From assembly GCF_006345805.1 (NCBI RefSeq), contig NC_043000.1, forward strand, positions 40,796,001 through 40,860,000: 64,000 nt of DNA, read 5' to 3'. The notes under the pieces were generated by a model. It was given only the letters and a program-made list of their open reading frames with translations, was not told the origin of the DNA and did not search any database. Shown here piece after piece: positions 28,512 to 42,509 of the stretch. Position 1 is the stretch's first letter. Each line of letters starts with the position of its first letter. The stretch comes from Octopus sinensis (taxonomy: Eukaryota). The position numbers were made by a program, and so were the translations under genes.

Positions 28512-28528
28512 CATATATATACACATAC

Positions 28529-28633
<105 letters not shown>

Positions 28634-29394
28634 GTAAGGATAATAATAAGGATAATAATAAGGATAATATCGATATTATCAAGTGGCCAGCACGAGAATA
28701 AATACCATACAAAAGTAAAAATTTTTTACAACTAAAAATAAGGGCGTCTGAGAGACACCACCATGCCGAAATAGCAGTCAAATCTCTCAGTCACCATTAT
28801 TTTCATATTTGTGTGAATGTATGTAGAATAATATATCAGTTGAATAAAGTTAAAACATGGCCTACTTTTCACCTTTTGTGTTATGGTGTTTTAGCACTAA
28901 AAGAATATTTTGTAATGTACATAAAGTTCAATTAGTACTTTCATACGTTTGTAGTAATCATCAGATTTCAAAATGTATTTAATTGACAGTTGAGTTCTTG
29001 ACAACTGTAGTACCTCTTAGAACACTCCAAGTTTTGGAATACGGTTTTGACCAATCCGCATGCAGCTTGGTCGTGTGTGTGTGTGTGTATTTGATCTTGT
29101 TTTTTACAGAACAAAAGTTAAGTGAGAAGGAATTTTGGTGATTTTTTGTTGCTCATAGGCTTAAATGTGCACTTAGCGGAATCTGTCCAGTATTAGGATC
29201 TCGTATTTCTTGCCTATGAATACTGTGTCTGTTTCTTAAAATCTCGTTTGACTTTTGTAATTTTCCTTGCACCCACTACATTAAATAGCATAAAGTATAA
29301 TTTTATGCTATTATTTTTACAGTGAAATTTGTTTTTAAGCATAAATTTACGCACACATACACACATGCATACATATGTATGTTTATCAACTTAC

Positions 29395-29436
29395 TTAAAG
29401 CAGCATCAGGGTTAAAAGCTGTATCGTCGACTCTAG
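29395..29436 (-). CDS. Repeat exon copy C (42 nt), xRVDDTAFNPDAAL
   Basis: Acceptor ttcttataccattttcag, donor gtaagt. Confidence 0.85.
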   Translation of the reverse strand, partial: LESTIQLLTLMLL

Positions 29437-30126
29437 CTGAAAATGGTATAAGAAAAAGAAAAGAAACAAAATATTCTTTAAAGTAAAGAAAAAGAAAAGA
29501 AACAAAATATTTTTTAAAGTAAAGACTACAATTATTGAATTAATAAGAAATACTTTTTCACTATTTGAAGTTAGACGTTCAGGTGTATACCCATTGATTG
29601 AATCCCTATATGGTAGCGTCCTGGAAATCACATTCCTGCCATATTAAAATAAAGATAAAGTAGTCCATGTAGATCTTGGTATAACTGGCTGTCTCGTTTT
29701 ATAGCGATTGACCCTTATGGAGTCAAGGCCATATTCTCTTTTTCTTCTAAGATGTGTAAAAAGCTGGAAGATGATGCGTTTGTGTATGTGTGTATGTATA
29801 TATACATGTGCATGTAAATATATATATATATTCCGAATTTGTGTGAATGTGTGTAGAATAATATATCAGTTGAATAAAGTTAAATCATGGCCTACTTTTC
29901 ACCTTTTTTATTATGGTATTTTAACATTAAAAGATCATTTGTAATGTATATAAAGATCAATTAGTGCTTTCATAAGTTCTTAGTAATCATCACATTTCAA
30001 AATGTATTTAATTAACAGTTAAGTTCCTGAGAACTGTAACACCTCTTCGAACACTCCAAGCTAACGATTTGGTATACGGTTTTGACCAACCCGCATGCAG
30101 CTTCGTGGTGCGTGCGTGCGTGTATG

Positions 30127-30316
30127 GACGACATGATAGATCGTTAGCTCCTACACGCATTTTTTCCTCTCCCTGTTTTTTCTGTGTATCTTTCTGTCGA
30201 AGAGCGTAGGCTCGAAACGTAAAAGACTTTTTCTATTCCTGAGCGCTATACTAATACATTTGTTCGTTTGTACTCCACTTGCTTTCGTCTTTTGTTTATT
30301 TTCGTAAACTTTCCCT
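30127..30316 (+). mobile_element. ~190-bp pLTR-like repeat with variant hammerhead (30189-30226); other copies at about 39870-40050, 42732-42922, 47560-47730 (+) and 57115-57305 (-)
   Basis: tcttt-CTGTCGA-a-gagc gtag gctc-GAAA-cg-TA-aaaga; five similar copies beside (TA)n or CA tracts. Confidence 0.7.
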
Positions 30317-30317
30317 T

Positions 30318-30350
<33 letters not shown>

Positions 30351-30368
30351 TATATTATATATATATAG

Positions 30369-30416
<48 letters not shown>

Positions 30417-30522
30417 CATACACATATACATACATACACACATATATATATAATATATATATATATACATATATATATACATATATATATTATATAGGTA
30501 TAATATATATATATATATATAT

Positions 30523-30581
<59 letters not shown>

Positions 30582-30598
30582 TTTCGTAAACTTTCCCC

Positions 30599-30670
<72 letters not shown>

Positions 30671-30671
30671 C

Positions 30672-30706
<35 letters not shown>

Positions 30707-30913
30707 ATACATATATATATTAATATATATATATTATATATACTATATATATATATACATATATATATATACATATATATATAATATATATATTATATAT
30801 ATCTTATAATATATATATATATATATATATTATATTATATATATATATATATATAATATATATATTATATATTAATAATTATTATATTATATATTATTAT
30901 ATAATATATATAT

Positions 30914-30967
<54 letters not shown>

Positions 30968-31407
30968 CAGATATATATATATATATATATATACATATAT
31001 AATATTATATTACATAATAATATATATGTATATATATATATATAAATATATGTATGTATGTATGTGTGTGTCTGGGGTTTGTGTGTGTATTTGATCTTGA
31101 TATTTACGGAACAAAAGTTAAGTGAGAAGGAATTTCGGTGATTTTTTGTTGCTCATAAGTTTAAATGTTCACTTAGATGTATCTGTCCAGTATTAGGATC
31201 TCGTATTTCTTGCCTGTGAATACTGAGTGTGTTTCTCAAAATCTCGTTTGACTTTGAAATTTTCGTTGCAACGACTACATTAAATAGCATAAAATGTATT
31301 CTTTGATGACCATGTGAAATTATTTTTACAGTGAAATTTGTTTTTAAGCATAAATTTATGCACACATACACACACACATGCATACATATATATATTTACC
31401 GACTTAC

Positions 31408-31449
31408 TTAAATCGGCTTCAGGGTTAAAAGCTGTATCACCGACTCTAG
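31408..31449 (-). CDS. Repeat exon copy D (42 nt), xRVGDTAFNPEADL
   Basis: Same acceptor and donor as the other copies. Confidence 0.85.
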   Translation of the reverse strand, partial: LESVIQLLTLKPI

Positions 31450-32439
31450 CTGAAAATGGTATAAGAAAAAGAAAAGAAACAAAATATTTTTTAAAGTAAA
31501 GACTACAATTATTGAATTAATAAGAAATACTTTTTCACTAGTTGAAGTTAGACGTTCAGGTGTATACCCATTGATTGAATCCCTATATGGTAGCGTCCTG
31601 GAAATCACATTCCTGCCATATTAAAATAAAGATAAAGTAGTCCATGTAGATCTTGGTATAACTGGCTGTCTCGTGTTATAGCGATTGACCCTTATGGAGT
31701 CAAGGCCATATTCTCTTTTTCTTCTAAGATGTGTAAAAAGCTGGAAGATGATGCGTTTGTGTATGTGTGTATGTATATATACATGTGCATGTAAATATAT
31801 ATATATATATATATATATTCCGAATTTGTGTGAATGTGTGTAGAATAATATAACAGCTGAATAAAGTTAAAACATGGCCTACTTTTCACCTTTTTTATTA
31901 TGGTATTTTAACATTAAAAGATCATTTGTAATGTATATAAAGATCAATTAGTGCTTTCATAAGTTCTTAGTAATCATCACATTTCAAAATGTATTAATAA
32001 CAGTTAAGTTCCTGAGAACTGTACACCTCTTCGAACACTCCAAGCGTAACGATTTGGTATCGGTTTGGACCAATCCGCAAGCAGCTTGTTTGTGCGCATG
32101 TGCGTGTGTATGTGTGTTTGTGTGTGTGTGTGTGTGTGTATTTGATCTTGTTTTTTACAGAACAAAAGTTAAGTGAGAAGGAATTTTGGTGATTTTTTGT
32201 TGCCCATAATTTTAGATGTTCACTTAGCGGAATCTGTCTAGTATTAGGATCCGTATTTGGTTGACAACATACATACATACATGCTGAGTCTGTTTCTTAA
32301 AATCTCGTATGTCTTGCAATTTTCGTTACAAGCCACTATATTAAATAGCATAAAATATATTCTTTGATGAACACGTGAAATTTTTTTACGGAAATTGTTT
32401 TTAAGCATAAATTTACGCACACATACACACACGCATACA

Positions 32440-32471
<32 letters not shown>

Positions 32472-32513
32472 ATACATACATACATACATACATACATATA
32501 TTTACCAACTTAC

Positions 32514-32555
32514 TTAAAGTGGCTTCGGGGTGAAAAGCTGTATCGTTGGAACTAG
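32514..32555 (-). CDS. Repeat exon copy E (42 nt), xSSNDTAFHPEATL
   Basis: Same acceptor and donor; NDT sequon. Confidence 0.85.
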   Translation of the reverse strand, partial: LVPTIQLFTPKPL

Positions 32556-32893
32556 CTGAAAATGGTAAAAGAAAAAGAAAAGAAACAAAACGTTTTTTAA
32601 AGTAAAGACTACAATTATTGAATTAATAAGAAATACTTTTTCACTAGTTGAAGTTAGACGTTCAGGTGTATACCCATTGATTGAATCCCTATATGGTAGC
32701 GTCCTGGAAATCACATTCCTGCCATATTAAAATAAAGATAAAGTAGTCCATGGAGATTTGGTATAACTGGCTGTCTCGTTTTATAGCGATGACCTTATGG
32801 AGTCAAGGCCATATTCTTTTTTCTTCTAAGATGTGTAAAAAGCTGGAAGATGATGCGTTTGTGTATGTGTGTATGTATATATACATGTGCATG

Positions 32894-32929
<36 letters not shown>

Positions 32930-33583
32930 CGAATTTGTGTGAATGTGTGTAGAATAATATAACAGCTGAATAAAGTTAAAACATGGCCTACTTTTCACCT
33001 TTTTTATTATGGTATTTTAACATTAAAAGATCATTTGTAATGTATATAAAGATCAATTAGTGCTTTCATAAGTTCTTAGTAATCATCACATTTCAAAATG
33101 TATTTAATTAACAGTTAAGTTCCTGAGAACTGTAACACCTCTTCGAACACTCCAAGCTAACGATTTGGTATACGGTTTGGACCAATCCGCAAGCAGCTTG
33201 TTTGTGCGCATGTGCGTGTGTGTATGTGTGTGTGTGTGTGTGTATTTGATCTTGTTTTTTACAGAACAAAAGTTAAGTGAGAAGGAATTTTGGTGATTTT
33301 TTGTTGCCCATAATTTTAGATGTTCACTTAGCGGAATCTGTCTAGTATTAGGATCCCGTATTTGTTGACATACATACATACATACATGCTGAGTCTGTTT
33401 CTTAAAATCTCGTATGTCTTGCAATTTTCGTTACAGCCACTATATTAAATAGCATAAAATATATTCTTTGATGAACACGTGAAATTATTTTTACAGTGAA
33501 ATTTGTTTTTAAGCATAAATTTACGCACACATACACACACGCATACATACATACATACATACATACATACATACATACATACA

Positions 33584-33616
<33 letters not shown>

Positions 33617-33628
33617 TTACCAACTTAC

Positions 33629-33670
33629 TTAAAGCGGCTTCAGGGTGAAAAGCTGTATCGTTGGAACTAG
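33629..33670 (-). CDS. Repeat exon copy F (42 nt), xSSNDTAFHPEAAL
   Basis: Same acceptor and donor; NDT sequon. Confidence 0.85.
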   Translation of the reverse strand, partial: LVPTIQLFTLKPL

Positions 33671-34444
33671 CTGAAAATGGTAAAAGAAAAAGAAAAGAAA
33701 CAAAACGTTTTTTAAAGTAAAGACTACAATTATTGAATTAATAAGACATATTTATTCACTAGCTGAAGTTAGAAGTTCAGGTGTATGCCTATTGAGCGAA
33801 TCCCTATAAGGCAGCGTACTAGAAATCATAGCCCTATCATATTAAAATAAAGATAAACTAGTTCATGTAGATCTTGATATACTGAAAGAAAAAAAATACG
33901 GGATAATTATAGGTGGAAGCCTATGTGATCTTAGATGTACTTCATCAGGACTAAACTGCGATTAAACAAAAACAACATCAACAGTAACAACAACAACAAC
34001 AACAACTGTGCCAGCAACAACAACAGCTATGACAACAACTATGATAATAACCATGACAAAAATACAAGCATGAGTCTATTATACTATAGGGAGAGAGGGT
34101 ATATAGTCGGATAGATCAGAACAAATAAATATATGTTGCTTTGTACTAGTGTGTGGTTGCGTGCACATGTGCAGTGCGTGTGTGTATGGGTGTGCAATGT
34201 CGTCTTTCTACAAATTGGTGTTTTCGTTAGTAGACCGGGTTTGTATCTGGAAGTGGATGAAAGAATACAAAACATCCTTCTATCGAAATATATTTCCACA
34301 TTATCCTAATATGGACACAAAGCATTTCTTTGTCTCGTGGTCTAACTTATGACATTTTTAAAAACAAAGTCATCCTGTCTTGTCAATATACTTTGGTTAA
34401 AATGTCTCACCAATGATATAAATATTGTCTATCTGTCTATCTAT

Positions 34445-34530
<86 letters not shown>

Positions 34531-34806
34531 GTCTATCACATTTATTTGTGTGTTTGAGTATGTGTGTGCGTATGTGTTTGTGCTTTGATCCTCCCCTCGT
34601 AACAACCAGTAGTGGTTTGTTTGCGCTCCTGTAACTTAGCGGCAGGGCCAAAGAAATCGACTAAAGTAGCAGACTTAAAAACAGATAATAATTACTGGTG
34701 TTCATTTGTTCAATAAAGCCCTCTAGAGTGGGGTCCCAACATGGTCGCAGTCCAATGATTGAAAGAAATGAAAGATAAAAAATAAATGATTTGTATATCA
34801 ACTTAC

Positions 34807-34854
34807 TCTTTGCATATATGCTAGTAACTTTTGCGTTTGTAGTAGTATGTAAAA
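34807..34854 (-). CDS. Exon 11 (48 nt, phase 1-1), xLHTTTNAKVTSIYAK
   Basis: Acceptor tattatttcttctag, donor AGA|gtaagt. Confidence 0.8.
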
Positions 34855-36010
34855 CTAGAAGAAATAATATTATTTACATTTTACATTCAAGAAACCATTG
34901 CATTTCTCATATGGAGTGCATAATAAGGCGGCGAGCTGGCAGAGTCGCTAGCACTCTGGACGAAATGATTAGCGGTATTTCGTCTGCCACTACGTTCTGA
35001 GTTCAAATTCCGCCGAGGTCGACTTTGCCTTTCATCCTTTCGGGGTCGATTAAATAAGTACCAGTTACGCCATGGGGTCGATATAATCGACTTAATCTGT
35101 TTGTCTGTCCTTGTTTGTCCCTTCTGTGTTTAGCCCCTTGTGGGTAGTAAAGAAATAGAAATAGGTATTTCGTCTGTCTTTATGTTCTGAGTTCAAATTC
35201 CGCCGAAGTTGACTTTGCTATTCATCCTTTGGGGAGGTGTGTGTGTGTGTGTGGGGGGGTAAATTAAGCACCAGTTACGTACTGGGGTCGATCTTATCGA
35301 CTGGCTCTCTCCCTCAAAATTTCGGGTCTTGCGCCTAGAGTAGAAAAGAATATGAAGTGCATAATCAGCTACAGGGGTGTGTATTATCATTGTTATTGAT
35401 TGTAAAGCAGCGCATGCCATCTAAGGGACACTGGAGTGCAAATATACGAAGCCTAATATACCCATCATGACTACCCATCTGATAAGGGTACACCAGACAC
35501 ATGTATGACAACCATATACGCGTGACGTGGTGATATTATATCAACATACACAGTGCATGACCTTGTAGGTGGGTCTAAGAATTTTCTTCAGGTCGAGTTG
35601 CTCATCCCGCTCAAAACGTCCCTGATAATAAGGTTTGTTTAAGGATGTTGAACAAAACACCCATGTTTCCAGAAGTGAATTATTCAAACCCCATAGAATT
35701 CCTCTTAACACATGGCTATGATGCTCCCCCACTACTTCTGCTCGTGATCAGAGATGCACATATCGTCATATCGTCAGCCACAAAAGGACGTACTCAACTG
35801 GTTAAGGCCAAGCAATTGACGAGCAAATCTGTGGCGTTTAACAGAATATTTGCTGTAGCCCATCTTTTATACCAAGACAAAATAGGTACATGATAACACT
35901 TACAATCAGTTAAGATCAGAAGCCACGTGAGCCAGTGCTTGGTATGCTGCTCTTATTATTATTATCATCATTATTATCATAATTATTATTATTATAATTA
36001 TTGTTGTTGA

Positions 36011-36041
<31 letters not shown>

Positions 36042-36478
36042 GAGTAGGCGAGCAGTGCATGGTGTAAAATATACGAAGCCCAGTATACCCATCATGACTA
36101 TCAGTCTGATAAGAGTTCACCAGGCACATGCATCACAAAAACTGAACTCAACTCGAAAAATCGCATCGAAATATGTGCGCGACATGGTGATCTCATATCA
36201 AGATAAACAGCACATGACCTTGCAGGTGGGTCCCAGTTAGAATTTTCTTCTGGTTGAGTAGCCTATCCCGTTACTCAAAGGTTCTGTCCAGTGGGACAGT
36301 GGGACAGAACCGGTGGCCAAAGAAACCGATAGAATTAGTAGCAGACTTAAAAATAAATGCTAAGCACTGGTATCCATTTGTTCTGTTTAAACCCTTCAAT
36401 GTGGTGTCCCAACTGGTCGCAGTCCAGTGACTGAAACAAGTAAAAGATAAAAGATAAATGATTCGTGTGTCAACTCAC

Positions 36479-36520
36479 TCTTTGCATCTTCAGTAGGATC
36501 TGTTGTGTTCATGGCAGTAT
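36479..36520 (-). CDS. Micro-exon 10 (42 nt, phase 1-1), (D)TAMNTTDPTEDAK
   Basis: Acceptor tttttcaattttag, donor AGA|gtgagt; NTT sequon. Confidence 0.85.
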
Positions 36521-36578
36521 CTAAAATTGAAAAATCTATTGTTAGTAATTGTGAGCACTTCACCGTGAATAAAGAAAG

Positions 36579-36620
<42 letters not shown>

Positions 36621-37086
36621 CATTATTATTATTATTATTAAGGCGGGCGAAATGCGTCGCCGTATTTCGTCTGCCGTTACGTTCTGAATTCAAATTCCGC
36701 CGAGGTCGACTTTGCCTTTCATCCTTTAGGGGTCGATAAATTAAGTACCAGTTACACAGTGGGGTCGATATAATCGACTTAATCCGTTTGTCTGTCCTTG
36801 TTTTTCCTCTCTGTGTTTAGCCCCTTGTGGGTAGTAAAGAAATAGGTATTTCATCTGCTGCTACATTCTGAGTTCAAATTCAGCCCAATACGAAGCCCAA
36901 TATATCTATCATGACTATCCGTTTCATTAGGGTACACCAAGCACATGCATCACAACCATATGTGCATGATATGGTGATCTCATATCAAGATAAGCAGCGC
37001 TTGACCTTGTAGATGGGGCCCAGTTAGAATTTTTCTCAAAAGGTCCCTGAACAACAATAACAGAAGCTGTAACAACAAAAAGAACA

Positions 37087-38263
37087 ATAAACCATCTCTC
37101 TTATATGAACGATCTGAAGCTATTTGGTTGAAACGACAAAGAACTTGTAGGGCTGCTAACAAATGTTAAAGAGTTTAGGAATGACTTCGGGTTGGATTTT
37201 GGCTTTGATAAGTGTGCTAAGGCAACTTTTGTAAAAGGGAAGCTCAGGCAAATTAGATACCGATTCTACCATCAAGCAGCTTGACCCACAAGAAAATTAC
37301 AAATACCTGGGGATAAACGAAGGAGATGGTATAGAAAATGCTGATATGAAGGAAAAAATAAGAAAGGAGAATTACAAGAGAGTAAGACATACTAAAAACT
37401 GAACTCAACTCGAAAAATCGCATCGAAACCATTAACACCCTGGCACTTCCAGTAGTCCAATATAGTTTTAACCTCATTAACTGAAATCTTACAGAGCTCG
37501 AAAGCCTGAACAAGAAGACAAGAAAACTATTAACATCTAAGAATATGCACCACCCAAAAAGCAGACGTTGATCGTCTGTACCTACGTAGAAATAATGTGG
37601 AAAGAGGAATGATGCAAGTAGAACTGTGCTATAAGACCGCCACAATAGCAATGAACAAGTACTTATTAAGTATAGAGGACTTGATGCTGTAGCTTATGAG
37701 AAAACAAGAAAGCATTCTGTTGTCAAGGAAGCTTACAAATTCGCAAGAGAACTTGGCATTAACCCTGAAATAATTGAAGAACCTGAAACCACTGCTACGA
37801 AACAAGCAAAACAGATGAAGCAGACTGCAAAAAAAGAACAGGCAAAAACAAATTGAGGAGCGTGGAGCCAGGAGCCTCTGCATGGACATTATGTACTTCG
37901 AAGTCGAAATGCTGATGTAGACCAAGCAACAATTCATCAGTGGCAGAGAAGTTCAGGACTGAAAGCAGAGACTGAAGGTTTCATATAGGCATCACAAGAT
38001 CAAAGCTTGCTTACAAAAAAACTACCAGCCTAATGTTCTTCAAAACGGTTCTGACCATATCTCTGAGAAATCCAAAAGATAGTGCTGACAAGTACTGCCC
38101 ACATCCTTGGAAAAACCCTATTCATTTAAATGTCTGTGTTGTATTACATGAAGATATCTTGCTACTGCCCCTGCTACTTCCCTCCTAAGCGTTCTGTCAA
38201 ATTGTACCAGGACGCTGGGTGTGTCTCGGCAAGTGAGTGTAATAGGCATGCAGATTATAAGTA

Positions 38264-38265
<2 letters not shown>
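37087..38265 (+). mobile_element. R4/Dong-clade non-LTR retrotransposon 3' fragment, internally deleted, ending in (TAA)n
   Basis: YMNDLKLF, DKCAK, YKYLG, HHPKADVDRLY, GLKAETEGFI..QDQ, IQKIVLTSTAHILGKTL; stops and frameshifts. Confidence 0.8.
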
Positions 38266-38296
<31 letters not shown>

Positions 38297-38332
38297 CATA
38301 ATAATAATAATAATATAATAATAATAATAATG

Positions 38333-38390
<58 letters not shown>

Positions 38391-38542
38391 AATATAATAA
38401 TATAATAATAATAATAATTAATATAATAATAATAATGATAATAATAATAATAAATAATAATAATAGTAATAATAATAATAATATAATAATAATGATAATA
38501 ATAATAAAAATAATAATGATAATAATAATAAAAATAATAATG

Positions 38543-38573
<31 letters not shown>

Positions 38574-38574
<1 letters not shown>

Positions 38575-38997
38575 TTGCTTGTCAGTTGTTTGACCTTAAC
38601 CAGTTGAGCATGTCCCTTAGTGGCTGACGATATGTGCATCTCTAATCACGAGCAGAAGTAGTGGGGGAGCATCATAGCCATGTGTTGAGAGGGATTCTCT
38701 GGGGTTTGAATAATTCACCTCTGGAAACATGGGTGTTTCGTTCAACATACTTAAACAACCCTTATTCAGGGACCTTTTGAGCGGGATGGGCTACTCAACC
38801 TGAAGAAAATTCTAACTGGGCCCCACCTGCAAGGTCATGTGCTGTTTATCTTGATATGAGATCACCATGTCGCGCACATATGGCTCTGATGCATGTGCCA
38901 AGTGTACCCTTATCAGACGGGTAGTCATGATGGGTATATTGGGCTTCGTATATTTTACCCCAATGTCACTTTGATGGCATGAACTGCTCTCTCACTC

Positions 38998-38998
<1 letters not shown>
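38574..38998 (+). mobile_element. ~425-bp non-coding interspersed repeat beside (TAA)n; copies at 41130-41555 (+) and partial copies at 35400-35830, 36040-36290, 36880-37050 (-)
   Basis: Direct similarity among copies; the full copies end in a TAA run. Confidence 0.75.
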
Positions 38999-39034
<36 letters not shown>

Positions 39035-39036
39035 TG

Positions 39037-39101
<65 letters not shown>

Positions 39102-39425
39102 CTTTTCTACTCTAGGCACAAGGTCCGAAATTTTAGGGGAGGGGGTCAGTCGATTAGATCGACTCTAGTACGCAACTGTACTAAATTTATCGACGAAGGC
39201 AAGTCGACCTCGGCAGAATTTGGAACTCAGAACATAGCGGCAGCGGAATCATTGGTACCCGCACAAAATGCTTAGCCATTTCCTCCGTGTTTACATTCTG
39301 AGTTCACATGCCGCCTGGTCAGTTTTGCCTTTCACAATTTGGGGTCTATAAATAGTACCAGTTGAGCAGTGGGGTCAATGCAACCGATTTACCCTTTCCG
39401 AACATAAAGATATACATCAACTTAC

Positions 39426-39497
39426 CCATTTCGTGTTCAGTAGTAGCATTTGCAGCTTTGGAAGCGGCTGAATTAGAAGAGATAATTTCATTCAGTT
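39426..39497 (-). CDS. Exon 9 (72 nt, phase 1-1), (E)LNEIISSNSAASKAANATTEHEM
   Basis: Acceptor gtctttttag, donor TGG|gtaagt; NAT sequon. Confidence 0.8.
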
Positions 39498-39668
39498 CTA
39501 AAAAGACTTGCCTAACAGAATTTCTACAGTGTCTGCTAATCTTCCTTTACAGTTTGAGTTTGAATCTTGCCGTATTAGCTCATATAGTTTCCTGTAAATT
39601 ACTCGGTGTCCCAGTAACATGTAAGCGGACAAAACATACATTCACTCTCGCATATAATACATCAGTTC

Positions 39669-39852
<184 letters not shown>

Positions 39853-40059
39853 GATATATATATATATATGTTGATTCGCTAGCCTCTGCACGCATTTTTT
39901 TCTCTCCTTGTTTCTTTTCTGTGTATTTTTCTGTTGAAGAGTGTAGGCTCGAAACGTAAAAAGACTTGTTTTATTTCTATTCCTGAGCGCCATACTAATA
40001 CAATTTTTGTTTGTATTCCACCTGCCTTCGTCTTTTGTTTATTTTCATGAAGCTTCCCG

Positions 40060-40139
<80 letters not shown>

Positions 40140-40981
40140 TGTGTGGTGTGTATTTATATAGTAGAAATTGTGCTTACATTTAGATGTACGACCGCTACCG
40201 TTATGTTCGACGTAGATTATCCAAATCCAACCTGCTTCCCGTATAGTTAAGTAATTTCTATATTGAGTAGTATTATTAGGTATGAGCTACAGAGCTACGA
40301 GAGGAGATAGAATATACCCACGCATTTATTTTTTATATATGGGTACATATACACTTCTGACATAATTGTTAGCTTAGGTAGAACCCACATATCGGGTAAT
40401 GCATATTGTTTGGTATATACACACGCATATGCTTCTTACATCCAATATGATAAAGATTAAAGTAAAATTAGCAGATTCTGTCAATAAAGTTTCAAACATT
40501 AATTGTTTTTACAAAACAGCGAAATGCGCTGAAGTAAGTTAAAATGATACATCCCTTTGGGTATGCAACCTCACACTAAGTCGACTGACGGTAGGGTCTA
40601 ATGAAGAACCTATTTAAACAATCACCTGAAAAGTTGTATATTTTACACCTTGGACGCGTGATAATGATTACACAACATCTTAGTGCTATACTACAGGTGT
40701 AAAAATTTATCAAAACAATTTTTAAATAATGAATATCATTCATTCCATTTTCTATAATTTATCTACACATACACATAAACATACATGCACACACACACAC
40801 ACACACACACACACCACACACACACACACACACACTTGCACATGAATGTATATATATTCCTGTCTCAGGCAGATTTCGGAATAATATGCATGCATTATAG
40901 TTTTTGGAAGGGAAATATATTTTCTAGATCTCTTTCAACAATCAACGACATGAATATTGTATATATGAATTAACGACTTAC

Positions 40982-41020
40982 CGTTTTCACCAGAAGCAAA
41001 ACGTCCGAATAATTGGGGTT
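40982..41020 (-). CDS. Micro-exon 8 (39 nt, phase 1-1), xPQLFGRFASGEN
   Basis: Acceptor tttttctttctctttgtag, donor ACG|gtaagt. Confidence 0.85.
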
Positions 41021-41080
41021 CTACAAAGAGAAAGAAAAACACAATATACTTACAATAAACTGTACAAGCTAATAATAATA

Positions 41081-41130
<50 letters not shown>

Positions 41131-41552
41131 TTGCTTGTCAGTTGTTTGACCTTAACCAGTTGAGCATGTCCTTAGTGGCTGACGATATGTGCATCTCTAA
41201 TCACGAGCAGAAGTAGTGGGGGAGCATCATAGCCATGTGTTGAGAGGGATTCTCTGGGGTTTTGAATAATTCACCTCTGGAAACATGGGTGTTTGTTTCA
41301 ACATACTTAACCACCCTTATTCAGGGACCTTTTGAGCGGGATGGGCTACTCAACCTGAAGAAAATTCTAACTGGGCCCCACCTGCAAGGTCATGTGCTGT
41401 TTATCTTGATATGAGATCACCATGTCGCGCACATATGGCTCTGATGCATGTGCCAAGTGTACCCTTATCAGACGGGTAGTCATGATGGGTATATTGGGCT
41501 TCGTATATTTTACCCCAATGTCACTTTGATGGCATGAACTGCTCTCTCACTC

Positions 41553-41587
<35 letters not shown>

Positions 41588-41601
41588 TGATAATAATAAT
41601 A

Positions 41602-41655
<54 letters not shown>

Positions 41656-41988
41656 CTTTTCTACTCTAGGCACAAGGTCCGAAATTTTAGGGGAGGGGGT
41701 CAGTCGATTAGATCGACTCTAGTACGCAACTGGTACTAAATTTATCGACCGAAGGCAAAGTCGACCTCGGCAGAATTTGAACTCAGAACATAGCGGCAGC
41801 GGAATCATTGGTACACCGCACAAAATGCTTAGCGACATTTCCTCCGTGTTTACATTCTGAGTTCACATGCCGCCTGGTCAGTTTTGCCTTTCACAATTTT
41901 GGGGTCTATAAAATAAGTACCAGTTGAGCAGTGGGGTCAATGCAACCGATTTACCATTTCCCGAACATAAAGATATACATCAACTTAC

Positions 41989-42061
41989 CCATTTCGTGTT
42001 CAGTAGTAGCATTTGCAGCTTTGGAAGCGGCTGAAATTAGAAGAGATAATTTCATTCAGTT
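41989..42061 (-). CDS. Duplicate of exon 9 with one extra base (73 nt): pseudo-exon or sequencing error
   Basis: Matches 39426-39497 except gaaatt versus gaatt, which shifts the frame. Confidence 0.6.
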
Positions 42062-42241
42062 CTAAAAAGACTTGCCTAACAGAATTTCTACAGTGTCTGC
42101 TAATCTTCCTTTACAGTTTGAGTTTGAATCTTGCCGTATTAGCTCATATAGTTTCCTGTAAATTACTCGGTGTCCCAGTAACATGTAAGCGGACAAAACA
42201 TACATTCACTCTCGCATAATAACATCAGTTCATCTATCTAA

Positions 42242-42275
<34 letters not shown>

Positions 42276-42288
42276 CATCTATCTATCT

Positions 42289-42337
<49 letters not shown>

Positions 42338-42458
42338 TATATATATAATATTATATATATATATATGTATATATGTAGGTCCGGGTTGATTCGGGGTTAA
42401 CCACAGTAAATAAGGTATCAATACATAGCAGAGTAAAATTAATTTATTATATAGAAGG

Positions 42459-42509
42459 AGCTTCTACAGGACTAGAACTGTTTCATTCAAGAGAAATCTT
42501 CAGGAAGCT
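42459..42509 (-). ncRNA. Type I hammerhead ribozyme in a pLTR-like insertion (about 42375-42720)
   Basis: agcttc-CTGAAGA-tttc tctt gaat-GAAA-cag ttctagtc ctg-TA-gaagct; stem I 6 bp, stem III 4 bp, GUA cleavage triplet. Confidence 0.75.

Noticed and set aside
40982-41020. PQLFGR as an amidated neuropeptide resembling PQRF-GR
   Set aside because: No upstream basic cleavage site, L replaces R, and the context is mucin-like.
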